Made by a program: the position numbers and the translations under genes. From NCBI RefSeq assembly GCF_035084215.1, contig NW_027139623.1, forward strand, positions 930,001 through 994,000: 64,000 bases of DNA. Direction: 5' to 3'. Below the pieces are notes generated by a model, which was given only the letters and a program-made list of their open reading frames with translations, ran no database searches and was not told the DNA's origin. Origin of the DNA: Heptranchias perlo (taxonomy: Eukaryota). Numbering within the stretch: the stretch's first letter is position 1; each line of letters begins with the position of its first letter. Below are positions 12,457-25,709 of the stretch, piece by piece.

Positions 12457-13095
12457 TGAGACCTGTCAGGAGCAGAGCGCCGATACTTTGTGAATATTAA
12501 GCAATGTTACAAAGGCCCTGTTTGGAGCTGAACGTAGAGTTCCTCCCTCAGAATATTAAACACTGTTAGAGAGAACATTTCACGAGCTGAGCGCAGATTC
12601 CCTCTCTGACTATTATTCGCTGTTGCAGAGACCCTGTCAGGGGTTGAGCGCAGAGACCCTCACTTTGAGCATTAAACAATGTGACAGAGGCCCTGTCAGG
12701 GGTTGAGCGCAGAGGCCCTCACTTTGAGCATTAAACAATGTGACAGGGGCCCTGTCAGGGGTTGAGCGCAGAGGCCCTCACTCTGAGTATTAATCACTGT
12801 GACAGGGACCCTGTCAGGAGCTGAGCGCAGAGACCCTCTCTGTGAATATTAAACACGGTTACAGAGACCCTGTCAGGAGCTGAGTGCAGACACCTTCCCT
12901 GTGAATATTAAACACTGTCGGAGAGAACTTGTCACGAGCTGAGCGCAGAATCCCTCTCTGTGACTATTAATCACTGTTACAGAGACCCTGTCAGGGTTTG
13001 AGCGCAGAGACCCTCACATTGAGTATTGAACACTGTTACAGAGACCCTGTCAGGAGCAGAGCGCAGAGACCCTCACTTTGATATATGAACAATGT
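12457..13095. repeat. About 60-bp intronic minisatellite, roughly 10-11 copies
   Basis: Unit gagaccctgtcaggagctgagcgcagagaccctcactttgagtattaaacactgttaca. Confidence 0.9.
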
Positions 13096-13113
13096 ATATT
13101 CCCCTTCACTCAC

Positions 13114-13407
13114 CCGCTATAGTCACCGTCACAGCCTTGCTGCGCTGGGACAGTAGCCGTCTTGTTTTGACGTAAATTCCATATTGGCAGTAGTACTGCC
13201 CTTCTTGGTTTGTACTGGTAACCGGGAATGTTCCGCTGTTGTTCTCAGTGGTGATTTGACCAGAGTTCAGCAGTTCCTGCTCTCTGTAAAAGTGATATGT
13301 TTGATCGCGATTTTTTCTGCTCACGGTGCAGGTAATGGTGACCATCTCTCCTTCTACATACACACCACTCCAAAGATTAAGAGATATCCCTGGCGTTGTT
13401 AGCGGAT
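13114..13407 (-). CDS. Ig domain 4
   Basis: 294 bp phase 1-1; GEMVTITC..YHFYRE..QEGQYYCQY. Confidence 0.92.
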
Positions 13408-15111
13408 CTATGACAAAATAAATGGAAAGAACTATTAGAAATGGATCTCTGGCGTTCCCTTGTACACTGGAAGGTTGGAGACTCAATAACGATTGAGCTG
13501 TGTTGACGGGAAGGGTTTGCATCGCTGACTGGGGTTCTACAAACGTGGGATTCTGGATTTGTTTCACAAGAAACACCGAAAGACTTGCATCAATATCGCG
13601 CCTTTCACCATCCCAGGACTTCCCAAAGCGATTACCAGCCAATGAAGTACATTTGAAGTGTAGTCACTGTTGTAAAGTAGGAAATCAATTGGCAGCACCA
13701 CAGCTGGGGTTCTCTTTCCAAACTCAGGGTTTAGGCCAGAAAATGTACTTTGGGATACGAGCGGAACAAGGAAAATGCTTGATTTGAAATTCCTATTTCT
13801 GCTAATTTAGCCCAGGTGAGAACGCAGATAGAAAGAGTGAACTTCTCCATTAAACCGGGGATTCGCATTTCAGATAAAGGAGTTTTTTGGTGTGGCCGAA
13901 ATACGTTCTTATCATACAGAGGTGGCCGTCACAGGCAAGGCCGGCATTTATTCCCATCCCTTGTTGCCCTTGAGAAGGTGGTGGTGAGCCGCCTTCTTGA
14001 ACCGCTGCAGTCCGTATGGTGAAAGTTCTCTAACAGTACTGTTAGGTCGGGAGTTCCAGGATTTTAACCCAGTGACAATGAAGGAACGGTGGTTCTTGTA
14101 AAAATCAGGATGGCGTGTGACTTGGAGGGGAACGTGCAGGTGGTGTTGTTCCCATGTGCCTGCTGTCCTTGTCCTTCTAAGATGGTGGAGGTCGCGGGTT
14201 TGGGAGGTGCTGTCGATATAGGGAAAGCCACAACGTATTTAAGTTAAAGCAACCCCCAAAACAGGTTCATTTTTAAAATCTCTGCACGCAGTTGCGGGTA
14301 TCAGACTGAAAATTTGCAACGTGACAAGAGCAGCCAGTCTGGCAGAGCCTCATGAGGTGACTCTACACTCAATGGAGTTAGAACCCCGGCGCTGTGCTCT
14401 TATTATAATATTAAATTGTTCGCTCTGTTAATTGAGACCTGTAGGGTGTAAAATTGGAAATCAGGAACAGAGGTCATGTAATAATATCACACAACCTACA
14501 TTGTTTTGTTTATCGAAGGTCTTGCGTTCACATCTTCATATTTATTCTCTGGCCAACTGCTGAAATGAACGCCATCACCTCTGGAATTCTCCAGTTCCTC
14601 AGCACGGAGTTAAAAAGGACAATTTTAACACAACCGGCATTGTGGGAGTTGGATAAGTTCTGTCGACCGCCCGTTTAAAACTCTGACCGATTTTACGCTC
14701 CATTAAAGTCACTTGGGGCAAAATCGGGAAGAGTTTAAACAAGTGGCAGACTCGAAACCGCCTCTTTTCCGCCGGGCGTGTTCAGTTAAAATTATTCTCG
14801 AACTATCGCCTTGGGCTGTGAGATGAAGATTTAGTCGGGATTGATATCATAATTTCTGACAGTGGAATATAATTCCGTCTGAGGCGTAGGCCTGAAACGG
14901 GCGATCGAGCACATTTTATACTCCACAGATTTTAAACACCACCCAATCATCATTTCCATTGAAGTCAATGTAAAGAAAAACCGGAAAAGATGAGAAACGC
15001 TCTGCCGATTCACTATCGTCCATTCTACGATAACGCATTGTCATAATCTACCCCTAATGCTGTTGAATAGATATTTAAATAATCTCTGCCCCTCCCGCCC
15101 CTTTCGCTCAC

Positions 15112-15405
15112 CTGCTATAGTGACCGTCACATCCTCGCTGTGCTGGGACCATAACTGCCTTCTATTGACGGAGGTTCCATATTGACAGTGGTAGCTCCCT
15201 CCTTGGTCTGTTCTGCTGACCGTGAATGTTCCAATGTTGTCCTTTGTGATGATTTGATGAGAGTACAGCGTTTGGCGATCTCTGTAAAAATGGAAGGTTT
15301 TATCGCGATAGTCTCCGGCCACGGTGCAGGTAATGGTAACCGTATCTCCTTTCAAATACACGCCACTTGGTTGATCAAGAGATATCGCTGGCGCTGTTAG
15401 CGGAT
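15112..15405 (-). CDS. Ig domain 3
   Basis: 294 bp phase 1-1; close paralog of Ig5. Confidence 0.92.
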
Positions 15406-16157
15406 CTGTGGTAAAATAAATGTAAAGAACAATTAGAAATAGACCAGTGGACTAAGCGTACGGTGGAAGTTTGGGAACTCCATACCGATTGTGCGGTATT
15501 GAGGGGAAATGTTTGTATCGCCGGCTGAGATTCGACAAAACGGGAATTGACCATTCATTAGTGGAATCAAACTGAGGTGCGAGAGAAAAGAAATCAGTTT
15601 GTGGTTCTATTTCCAAAATCAGGTTTTAGTCCTGAAGTTGCACCCTGCGATACGAGGGGAACATGGACAATGCGCTGATTTGAAATTCCCATTCTTTGTC
15701 ATTTAGGCTATGGTGCAAACCGGATATCAAAGAGTGAACTTCTCTGCTGAACCGTGGAGATTGGAACCTCAAATAAAGGAGAGAAGTGATGGTCGATTTT
15801 TTATTTATCATTCTTGGGGATGTGAATCAATGACATCACTGGATCTGAATATCGGATCGGGCTGATAACAGGCGGCCGATCCGATCCCGCCCGTCTTACA
15901 CAACTGCCAGTGGCGGATTTCTACTCCATTTTTACTGAAGAACGGGCGGTCGAGCATCTGCAGCTCATTTTATACTCCACCCGTTTTATACACCACCCAA
16001 TTATCATCTACTTTGAAGTCAATGGAAATAAAAATCAGGAGATATGTGAAACAGCCTGCCGATTCACTATCATCCATTCTACGCGAGCGCACAGTCAAAA
16101 TCTACCTCTAATGGTGTTGAATAAACATTTTCCTAATCTCTGCACCCCTTCACTCAC

Positions 16158-16451
16158 CTGCTATAGTGACCGTCACAGCCTCGCTGATCTGGGACCATAA
16201 ATACCTTCTATTGACAGTGGTTCCATATTTACATTGGTACCGCCCTCCTTGGTCTGCTCTGCTGACCTTGAATGTTGCAATGTTGTCCTTTGCGAGGACT
16301 TGATCAGAGTACAGCGGTGAGCTACCTCTGTAAAAATGGAAGGTTTTATCGCGATAGTATCCGGTCACGATGCAGGTAATGGTAACCGTCTCTCCTTTCA
16401 AATACACCCCAGTCGGTTTATCAGGGGATATCCTTGGCGTTGTTATCGGAT
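16158..16451 (-). CDS. Ig domain 2
   Basis: 294 bp phase 1-1; GETVTITC..DQGGRYQCKY. Confidence 0.92.
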
Positions 16452-16904
16452 CTGTGGCAAAATGAATGGAAAGAACAATTAGAAATGGATCTGTGGATTA
16501 TGTGTACGGTGGAAGTTTGGTAACTCAATAACGATTGCGCTGTATTTTCGGGAACAGTTGGAATCGATGGCTGAAGTTCCTCAAAACGGGAATTAACCAT
16601 TCATTAGTGGAATCAAACTGAGTTGCGAGAGAAAAGAAATAAGTTTGTGGTTCTATTTCCAAAATCAGATTTTAGCCCTGAAATTGCACTCTGCGATACG
16701 AGGGGCACATGGAAATGCGTGGATTTGAAATTCCAATTTCTGGTCATTTAGCCTGTGGTGCAAACCGGATTAAAAAGAGTGAACTTCTCTGTTAAACCGT
16801 GGAGATTAGAATCTCAAATAAAGGAGGTAAGTGATGGTGGGCTCGATTTCATCATTATCATTCTTGGGGATGAGAATCAATGACCTCACTGGGAGTGAAT
16901 ATTG

Positions 16905-17260
16905 AGCTGAGAGCGTGCTGCACCGTCACATGTCCCGTCTTTCAGATGAGACGTTAAACCGAGGCCCCGGCTGCCGTCTCAAGTGAATGTAAAAGATCCC
17001 ACGCCACTATTTCGAAGGAGAGCAGGAAAGTTTTCCCTGGTGTCCTGAGCCAAATATTTATCCCTCAATCAACACCACTAAAACAGATTATCTGATCATT
17101 ATCACATTACTGTTTGTGGGGCCTTGCCGAGTGCAATTTGACCGTCGCGGTTCCTGCATTATAACAGTGACTGTACTTCAAATGTACTTCATTGGCTGTA
17201 AAGCGCTTTGGACGTCCAGAGGTCATAAAAGGCGCCAACTAAATGGTACTTCCTTCTTTT
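16905..17260 (+). mobile_element. Deu-domain SINE (SacSINE1-like), 5' truncated; a shorter minus-strand fragment lies at about 13545-13700
   Basis: ctttcagatgagacgttaaaccgaggcccc..taaaagatccc..aatatttatccctc..cattggctgtaaagcgcttt matches the DeuSINE pattern as recalled. Confidence 0.7.
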
Positions 17261-17699
17261 ATTCAAAAACTGTGGCTGTTTTCCTTGTAACAAAGGAGAA
17301 TGGGGGTAATTTAGTGGCCGTTTTTAAATTTCAGAAGGGTTGGAACCGAGTATAGAGACACAGGCGGTTTCCGGGAGCCCGAACGAGTGGAGATTGATAA
17401 GTTAAAAATGGTATTTCGGGCAGGGAGTAGGAGGGACATTTTAAAGCAAGTGTTGCGAGGCTGTGGAATGAAGCAGAGACCATGTCAACATTTAAGAATA
17501 GGTTCGATCGACGGTTGAAGGGAATTGGGAGCAGAGCACGAACATGGGATTAGGGCTATTGCTCGTGTGGAGGATAAACACCAACACGAAGTGGTTGGGC
17601 CGAACGGCCTGTTTCCGTGTTGTAATTTCTCCATAATCTGTATGACATCCTTGTATTCCTCCAGCAACCGACTGGAATCAGACAAGCAGAATTGCAGCT

Positions 17700-18290
17700 G
17701 TCTTGCACATTTTAGTTTAAGAATCTCTGCGAAGAGAAATATGTTCAACGTGCATAGAACTTTAGTTAGACCACACTTTGAGTGCTTTCTACAGTTCTGA
17801 TCTCCATATTACAAAAAGGATATCCATATTACACTGGACAGGTGCAAAGCGATTTATTGGACGATTCGAACACTGAGGGGATACTGAACTGCCTGGGACC
17901 CTTTTCTCGAGAAAACAGAAGGTTTAGGGGTGACCTGATTGAGATCTTTAAGATTATGAAGGGATTTGATGCGGTAGACGGAGAGAAAATGTTTCCACTT
18001 GTGGGCGAGACCAATACTCGGGGGCCATAAATATAAGAAATTCACCAATAAATCCAATAGGGAATTCTGGAGAAGCTTCTGTGCCGAAAGAATGCTAAGA
18101 ATGTGGAACTCGTTACCACAAGTAGTAGTTTAGGCGAATAGTATTGATGCATTTAAGGGGAAGCTAGATTAATACATGAGGGAGAAAGGGATAGGGTGGA
18201 GGAGGCGCTTGTGGAGCATAAACGCCGGCACGGACCTGTTGCGTCGAATGGCCTGTTTCTCTGCTGTAAATTCTATGTAATCGTAGGAAA
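17700..18290 (+). mobile_element. CR1 LINE 3' fragment
   Basis: RTLVRPHFE and RFRGDLIEIFKIMKGFD motifs. Confidence 0.85.
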
Positions 18291-19063
18291 CGAATCTTGT
18301 CCAATATTTTTATAAGTCTTCCCATTGGCTCTTGGTTACAGTATTCTCCAGCTACAGTTAACTGTGAGTCACGATTCATTCCTAGACGTTTGTGTTTAAA
18401 ACAATTAAAACTCTGCAAACAATTATCCAACTTTTAATATTCAGTTGTGGCGATGTTATTGGAATGAAACTTGTCCAATGACAGTGCAATATGCGGCCGG
18501 GCATTTTCACCAAATTAGCTGCTCTGTTTTCTGTTTAGTTTCTGTGAAGTGCGGCGTCTATTTACCTGTTCACAACGAATCATTGAATCTTATAGCACAG
18601 AAGGAGGCCATTCGGTCCATCGTGCCAGTGCAGACTCTTTGAAAGAGATACGCAATTAGATCAACTCCCACCGCTCTTTACCAATTACCTCTGCATTTTT
18701 TTCCTTTTAAAGTATATATACAATTTATTTTGAATGTTATTACTGAACCTGCTTCCACCATCCTTTCAAGCGGTGCATTCCAGATGACAACTCGCTGCGT
18801 AAAAATAATTTCCTCATCTCCTACCTGGCTCTTTTGCCAATTACCTTAAACTGTGACCTTTGTTTGCCGAACCTTCTGTCAGTGGGAACAGTTTCTCCCT
18901 ATCTACTCTATCAAAACCCATCATCATTTTGCAAATCTCTATTGAATCTCCCCTTATTCATGTCTGCTCTAAGGAGTACAATCATATCTTATCTAATATC
19001 GCCACATAACTGAAACATTTGCCTCGTTGTAAAGTTGCAAAAACCCTGCCCTGTCTCACTCAC

Positions 19064-19347
19064 CTGTTACTATTACTGGCGCCGAGTCACTGAACGAGGA
19101 CCATTTCCATTCCCCGTTAATCCGATAACTATACCGGCACTGGTAATCTCCTTGATCATTTCTGTTGGTGTTGCAATTTGATACACTGTGCTGCTAGTGG
19201 AAAATTGCAGTTCGTTCCCATCTTTGTAAAAGGCATAATTGCCACTCCGGTATTTTTTGTCGTCAAGGCAGTTAATCGTGATGGTTTCTCCGGGTAAGTA
19301 CACGCCAGTCTCTTCATTCATGATAATTTCAGGTTTCACCAGAAGTT
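19064..19347 (-). pseudogene. Ig domain 1 exon with a 1-bp frameshift
   Basis: 284 bp, not a multiple of 3. ELLVKPEI..GETITINC..FYKDG is in one frame and NDQGDYQCRY..SDSAPVIVT in another; the shift lies near 19160-19165. Confidence 0.85.
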
Positions 19348-19509
19348 CTATGTAAAAAAGACATTGACCGTCAATGAGCAGTTACCAACAACGCACGTTG
19401 GCGGCTAAGCGGTACAGAGAATGGGAAACTGGGCGCTGCTCTCCCAACCAACAGGAGAACATAGATCAGTTTGTGTTTGCTTATGAGCATAAAACTACAG
19501 AGCTATTTG

Positions 19510-20080
19510 ATAGATAGAAGAGAGAAAGCGAGAGAGAGAGAGAGGATACGGAAAATAGACAGGCAGAAAGAGTGAGAGGGAAAGAGAAGGGGAAACAGCG
19601 AGGGAGACAAAGAGAGAGAGACGGACAGACAGACAGAGGGGAGTGAGAGAACCACAGAGAGAGACAAGGAAATGGTAATCAGAGAGAGATGGAGCGACTG
19701 AGAGAGATGGAGATCGGGGCGTAGAAGGAAGATTCAACGGGTTAAAAGAGATCACGCCAGAGGCTTGGGAGAGGGCAGGAGAGAAACAGGGAGGAATGAA
19801 AAATAGGAGTGGAAGAGAAACAGAGAGAGGAATGAGAGAAGCAGGGAGAAATAGAAAGAGTGGTGTCAACGGGGCTGGATCGGAAGAAAAAATGAGAGAG
19901 TGGGCGGGAGGGAGTGACAAGTGCAAGAAGACAATGGGACGAAAGAGAGAGTATGAAAAAGAGAGGCAGGGAATAGACAATGGGCAATGAGAGAGAGAGA
20001 GTGTGGTGAAATAGGAGAGGTGACTGAAATGAAAAAGAAATGGAAAGAGGAAGTGAGAGGGAGAAAGAGAGAGAGAAGCT
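19510..20080. repeat. GA-rich low-complexity tract
   Basis: Direct reading. Confidence 0.9.
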
Positions 20081-20814
20081 GGACCTTTGACCTCTCCCTC
20101 AGCTATCTCTGTCGCTGATTGGCTCGCCGAGCTCACAAACTCCCTTGGTCGAGAAACCACGCCCAACTTAATTTTGGATCTCCGCCAAGCCGGTTGTCCC
20201 TTCAACTGAGAATTTGGGAGGAATTTCTTCTCATACAGAGAATGTGAAAGTCGCTGGCAGGTGGAGTGGTTGAAGCAGGTGGCATTGGTGCATCTTAGGG
20301 GGGCTAGATGCATACACGAGGGAGAAGGGAACAGAGGGCTGTGGGGGCAGTGTGGGAAGCGGTCATTCGAAACGAATGGTCCGATTCTGTGCTGTACATT
20401 CTAACTAATTCTATGTAATCAACCCCCCTACAGAGCTGTGAATATCTTTGGAAAGTTTCGGCCGAACTCCCATTGTTTGAAAGTAATGTGATGTGTGAAA
20501 ATGCACATTTCTGAGGTGACTGGTACTCCAGCTAATTTTCCCCGCCTGCCTGTTTGGGAGTTAAGCTTTTCCAAACTATATCTAACGAAAGGGAAATATA
20601 ACATTGTCTCCACACTACCATAAAGAAGGAAAAACATCGATGTTAAATTGTCATGTTCAAAATATTAATTGATTCTCACTTTTCAGTGTCGATTTTATGC
20701 GATTCTGCCCAACCCCAAAAGGGATTGATAACAGTGATCATCTTTTGTGTTGGCATTGTTTGCCGACAGATGGCGCTAGTGCACGTTTTTTCGGGCATCT
20801 GAAGTTGCAACCCA

Positions 20815-23450
20815 ATAAGAACATAAGAAATAGGAGCAGGAGTAGGCCATATGGGCCCTCCAGCCTGCTCCGCCATTCAATAAGATCATGGCTGATCTTC
20901 TACCTCAACTCCACTTTCCCGCCCGATCCCCATATCCAGTGATTCCCCAAGAGTCCAAAAATCTGCCGATCTCAGCTTTGAATTTATTCAACGATTGAGC
21001 ATCCAAAGCACTCTGGGGAAGAGAATTCCAAGCATTCAGGACCCTCTGAGTGAAGAAATTCCTTCTCATCTCGTTCCTGAATGGCCGACCCCTTATGTTG
21101 GGACTATGGTCTCTAGTTCTAGACTCTCAAGTCAGGGGAAACAGCCTTTCTGCATTTATCCGGTCAAATCGACTATGAATTTTATACGTTACAATGATAT
21201 CACTTCTCATTCTTCAAAACTCCAGAGAGTTTAGGCCCATTCTATTCAATCTCTCCACATAGGACAATCCTCTTATCCAAAGAATTAATCTAGTGAACCT
21301 TTGTTGAACCTTGTCTAAAGCAAGTGTATCCTTCCTTAGGTAAGGAGACCAAAACTGTACACAGTACTCCAGGTGTGGTCTACCAGAGCCCTGTAAAATT
21401 GCAACAACGCCTCCTTACTCTTATACTCCAACCCCCTTGCAATAAAGGCTGTCATACCATTTGCCTTCCTAATTGCTTGATTTACCTCCATGTTAAATTT
21501 CTATGATTCATGTACAAGGACACCCAAATACCTCTGACTACCAACATTTCTTAGTCTCTCACTTTTCAAAAATATTCTGTTTTTTATTCTTCCTACGAAA
21601 GGGAATAACCTCACATTTCCCCACATTATACTCCATCTGCCATCTTCTTGTCCATTCACTTAACCTGTTTATATCCCTTTGCAGCATTTTTACGACCTCT
21701 TCACAACTTACTTCCCCACCTAGCTTTGTATCGTCAGCAAACTTGGATAAATTACACTGGGTCCCTTCATCTAAGTCTTTAATATAGATTGTAAATAGCT
21801 GATGCCCAAGCACTGATCCTTGCAGCACCCCACTCGTTCCAGCCTGCCAATCTAAAAATGAACCGTTTATACCTACTCTCTGTTTTCTGTCCGTTAACCA
21901 ATGCTCAATCCACGCTAATACATTACCCCAATCCCATGAGCCCTAATCTTGTGTAACAGCCTCTTTTGTGGCACCTTATTGGATGCCTTTTGAAAATCTA
22001 AATATACTACATCCACTGGTTCTCGATTATCGACCCTGCAAGTTACATCCTCAATAAACTCTAATAGACTGGTCGAATACGATTTCCCTTTCATAAAACC
22101 GTGTTGACACTACCTAATCATATTATGTTTTTCTAAGTGCCCTTTTACAGGCTAACTCTCTCCCTCCTTTCTTGAATAGCGGGTTTACATTTGCTACCTT
22201 CCAATCCACAGGGGCTGTTCTAGAAACTACGAAATTCTAGAAGAACAAAACCAATGCATCCACTATCTCCACAGCCACCTCTTTTAGAACCCTACGATGA
22301 AGACCATCAGGTACAGGGGATTTGTTGGCCTTTAGCCCCATTAATTTCTCCAGGACTTTTTCTTTACTAATCTTAATTGCTTTAAGTTCCTCACTCTCAT
22401 TAGACCCTTGGTTCCACATTATTTCCGGTATGCTTTTTGTGTCTTCTACTATAAGACAGATATAAAGTATTTGTTTATCGTCTCTGCTATTTCCTTATTC
22501 TCCATTATAATTTCTCCTGTCTCTGCCTTTAAGGGACCCACGTTTACTTTCGCTAATCTCTTCCTTTTTACATACTTGTAGAAGCTCTTATAACCTGTTT
22601 TTATATTTCTTGCTAATTTACTCTCAAGCTCAATTTTCTCCTTCTTTATCAACTTTTTGGTCATCCTTTGCTGATTTCTAAAACCCTCCCAATCCTCAGG
22701 CTTACTACTCCTTTTGGCACAATTGTAAGCCTTTTCTTTTAATCCAATACTATCCTTAACTTCTCTAGTTAGCCACGGATGGATCACTTTTCCCATGGAT
22801 TTTTATTCCTCAAGAGAATATATATTCGTTGATAATTATGAATGATTTCTTTAAATGTTCGCCATTGCTTATCAACCACCATATATTTTAATCTAATTTC
22901 CCAATCTACCTTCGGCAACTCGCCCCTCATACTTACATAATTAGCTTTGTTTAAATTTAAGTCCCTAGTTTCGGACTTAACGCTCAAACACAATGTGAAA
23001 TTCTATCATATCTTGATCACTCTACCCCAGAGGATCCTTGACTCTAAGATTACTAATTAACCCTGTCTCATTACACAATACCAGATCTAAAATAGTCTGT
23101 TCCCTAATTGGTTCCTCGACATCTTCTTCCAGAAAACTGCCTCGAATGCATTCCATGAACTCTTCCTCCAGACTACTTTTGCCAATTTGGTTTGCTCAGT
23201 TTATATGAAGATTAAAGTCCCCCACGATTATTGCATTAACCTTGTTACATGCTCCTCTAATTTCCAGATTTATACTCTGTCCAACACTGTATCTACCGTT
23301 AGGGGGCCTCTAAACTACACCCACCAGTGTTTTCTGCTCGTTGTTATTTCTCAACTCCACCCATTCTGATTCTACTTCCTGATTTTTTGAGATAAGATGT
23401 TTCTCTCTGTATCTCATCTTTTATTATCAAGGCTACCTCCAACAACGTCC
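20815..23450 (-). mobile_element. Long degenerate CR1 LINE ORF2 fragment
   Basis: QGSVLG, KFADDTKLGG, KSPVPDGLH and PWLTREVK motifs in broken frames. Confidence 0.9.
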
Positions 23451-23589
23451 CCACACACCCGCCACAAACTTTTCCATATTGCCTCACTTTTCCAAAAATC
23501 AAGTAACCTGGAATATTTTGATAGATTTTTGTTCGGCAAGGTTATTGAGGGATATGGAACCTAGCCGGGTAAATGGAGTTAAGATTCAG

Positions 23590-24160
23590 TTCATAGAATT
23601 ACATAGAATTACACAGAATGTACAGGGCAGATACAGGCCTTTCGGCCATACATTTCCATGCTGGTGTTTATGGTACACACGAGCCTTGTCCCTCCCTCCA
23701 AATCTAACCCTATCTGCACATCCTTCGATTCCTTTCTTCCTTATGTGTTTATCTAGCTTCCTCTTAAATGCCTCTCTGCCAGTTGCCTCAACTACAACAT
23801 GTGGTAGCGAGTTCCACCGTCTAACCACTCCCTGGGTTCTCCTGAATTCCCTATTTATTAGTGACTACCTAATATTTATGGCCTCTAGTTCTGGTCTTCC
23901 CCGCAAGTGGAAACATCATCACTACGTCTTCCCTAACAAACCATTTCATAATCTTAAGACCTCTATCAGGTTACCCATCAGTCTTCTCTTTTCCGGAGAA
24001 AAGCGCCCCAGCCTGCTCAATCTTTCCTAATAGGTATAACCTCTCAGTTCTAGAATGAGCCTAGTAATTCTTTTTACACTTTCTCCAGTCCCCCAATGTG
24101 CTTTTTATAATATGGAGATCAGATCTGTTCACAGTACTCCAAGTGTGGTCTAAGCAAGAT
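23590..24160 (-). mobile_element. CR1 LINE 3' fragment
   Basis: WNSLPHVVVEA..FKRKLDKH motif. Confidence 0.8.
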
Positions 24161-24495
24161 CAGTCATGGTCTAAAGGAATGGTGGAATAAGCTCGAGGGG
24201 CCGAATGGTCAACACCTGTTCCTGTGTCCCTATGTTCCATCTGGAGTGTTGTTTGCAGTTCTGTAACCCACGACAGAGTAAGTGTATAGATGTGCTGTCC
24301 ATAACATGGACATATCCCATAGTGCCTTCGCAATGACAGCTGCTGAGATACAGACCTGTATTACTGCTACCAATGACACAACACGATTGGTTACAGTAAT
24401 CAAATTCATTTACATAAAAACTAACTGAATGATTTAGCAGTCTAGAACAGTAGTTATTAAATTTCATTATTTTAGAGAAAAACGTCGACACTAAC

Positions 24496-24528
24496 CTTGA
24501 GAAATGCTCCGCCGAGCCCCAAAGACAA
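24496..24528 (-). CDS. 33-bp second leader mini-exon (I)VFGARRSISQ
   Basis: ttttctccttttag acceptor, AG|GTTAGT donor, phase 1-1; split leaders are typical of LRC/FcR-type genes. Confidence 0.8.
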
Positions 24529-25329
24529 CTAAAAGGAGAAAACATTAATTAGTTAAATTAACACCAACACCTTTAGACGATCAACATAACAAGCTGATTT
24601 TCGTGAATTGTTTTATGGATATTTCTCAGTGTGATTGCATTGGTGGCATTTTGGTCCGTTTCGGTTAAACTCCCACTCCAGAACTTGAGAGATTTCCAGA
24701 TTTCCACTACCCTTTGTTTGAAAAAGTACTTCCTGCTTTCACTCCAAATGGTCCAGCTCTAATTTTAATACCATGCCTACTTGTTCTCGATTCCCCTCGA
24801 TAACTGAATAAAATCAATCGAGACGTCCCTTTGTAAAACATTCCAATTACCCACGGCAAGTATTAAAAGCTGCCCTTGGGCCTAATGACACAAAACCGCA
24901 TGAAAACTTGTTCAAAAAACACGAAGGGCCCATTTTGTGGCTGAGTGAAACCGTCAGTAAAAGACAAGGGAAAGCAACTGGTGTGGAGTGTGTGTGCAGA
25001 CACTGTGTATCTTTACAGATCTTCACATGCGTCCACATCACGAAACAGAATTGCAATGAAAGCGTCGGAGCTCCAATATGGAATAGATGGATGCATTAAC
25101 GGTGGGAATTGAGATTTTAAAAATTGCAGATTATGGGGTTAATGCTGAGCATAACGGACAGCTGCAGCACTGTGTTTGTTGAAGGGCGTTAGTCTCCAGC
25201 CACTGTGCAGGTCTATTTCTCAGTGATGTGGTGAACTCGAGCATACTGAGGGAGGAAGTTAAGTCTAAATAATGAGATGCGGAAGTTGTATGAATTTACT
25301 GGAAACCGATACTTTTACAAACAATTTAC

Positions 25330-25368
25330 TCACTGTCACAAATTGCACAATCCGGGTGTCCTCGGCAT
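25330..25368 (-). pseudogene. Leader exon copy A: ATG out of frame (MPRTPGLCNL*)
   Basis: Homologous to 32219-32279 with the same A|GTAAA donor; the hydrophobic frame IVQFVTV has no ATG. Confidence 0.6.
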
Positions 25369-25709
25369 GGAAGGAGGAGGAAAATCGAATGCCAATAAGT
25401 AAAGCAGCAAAAAATATTTCAGGCTGAAGTTAATTGCGACAGGAAATGTTCACAATGGACACCTGAGGTTTCAGCTCAGAAGCGCTTCACCTCAGACAAA
25501 CAGGAAGTTAAACACTGACAGTAAGAGCAGAGCATCAGAACCAAGGATGTGTTTAAACACATTGAATGAAAATACATTGAGGCAATCTTTGTAATACGTT
25601 TCAAACAGAATAATTAATTTTCGAATGCCACCACAATTACAATCATAAAATTATACAACCTTGCAACGCAGAAGGAGGCCATTCAGCCCATTGTGCCTGT
25701 GCCAGCTCC

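Noticed and set aside
12457-13095. Tandem arrays as CRISPR-like repeats
   Set aside because: Eukaryotic context, no unique spacers, no cas genes; ordinary minisatellites.
13408-13642. N-terminal part of the 178-aa ORF
   Set aside because: Intron and SINE read-through upstream of the Ig4 acceptor.
19495-20313. 272-aa hydrophobic ORF
   Set aside because: Product of the GA-rich low-complexity tract.
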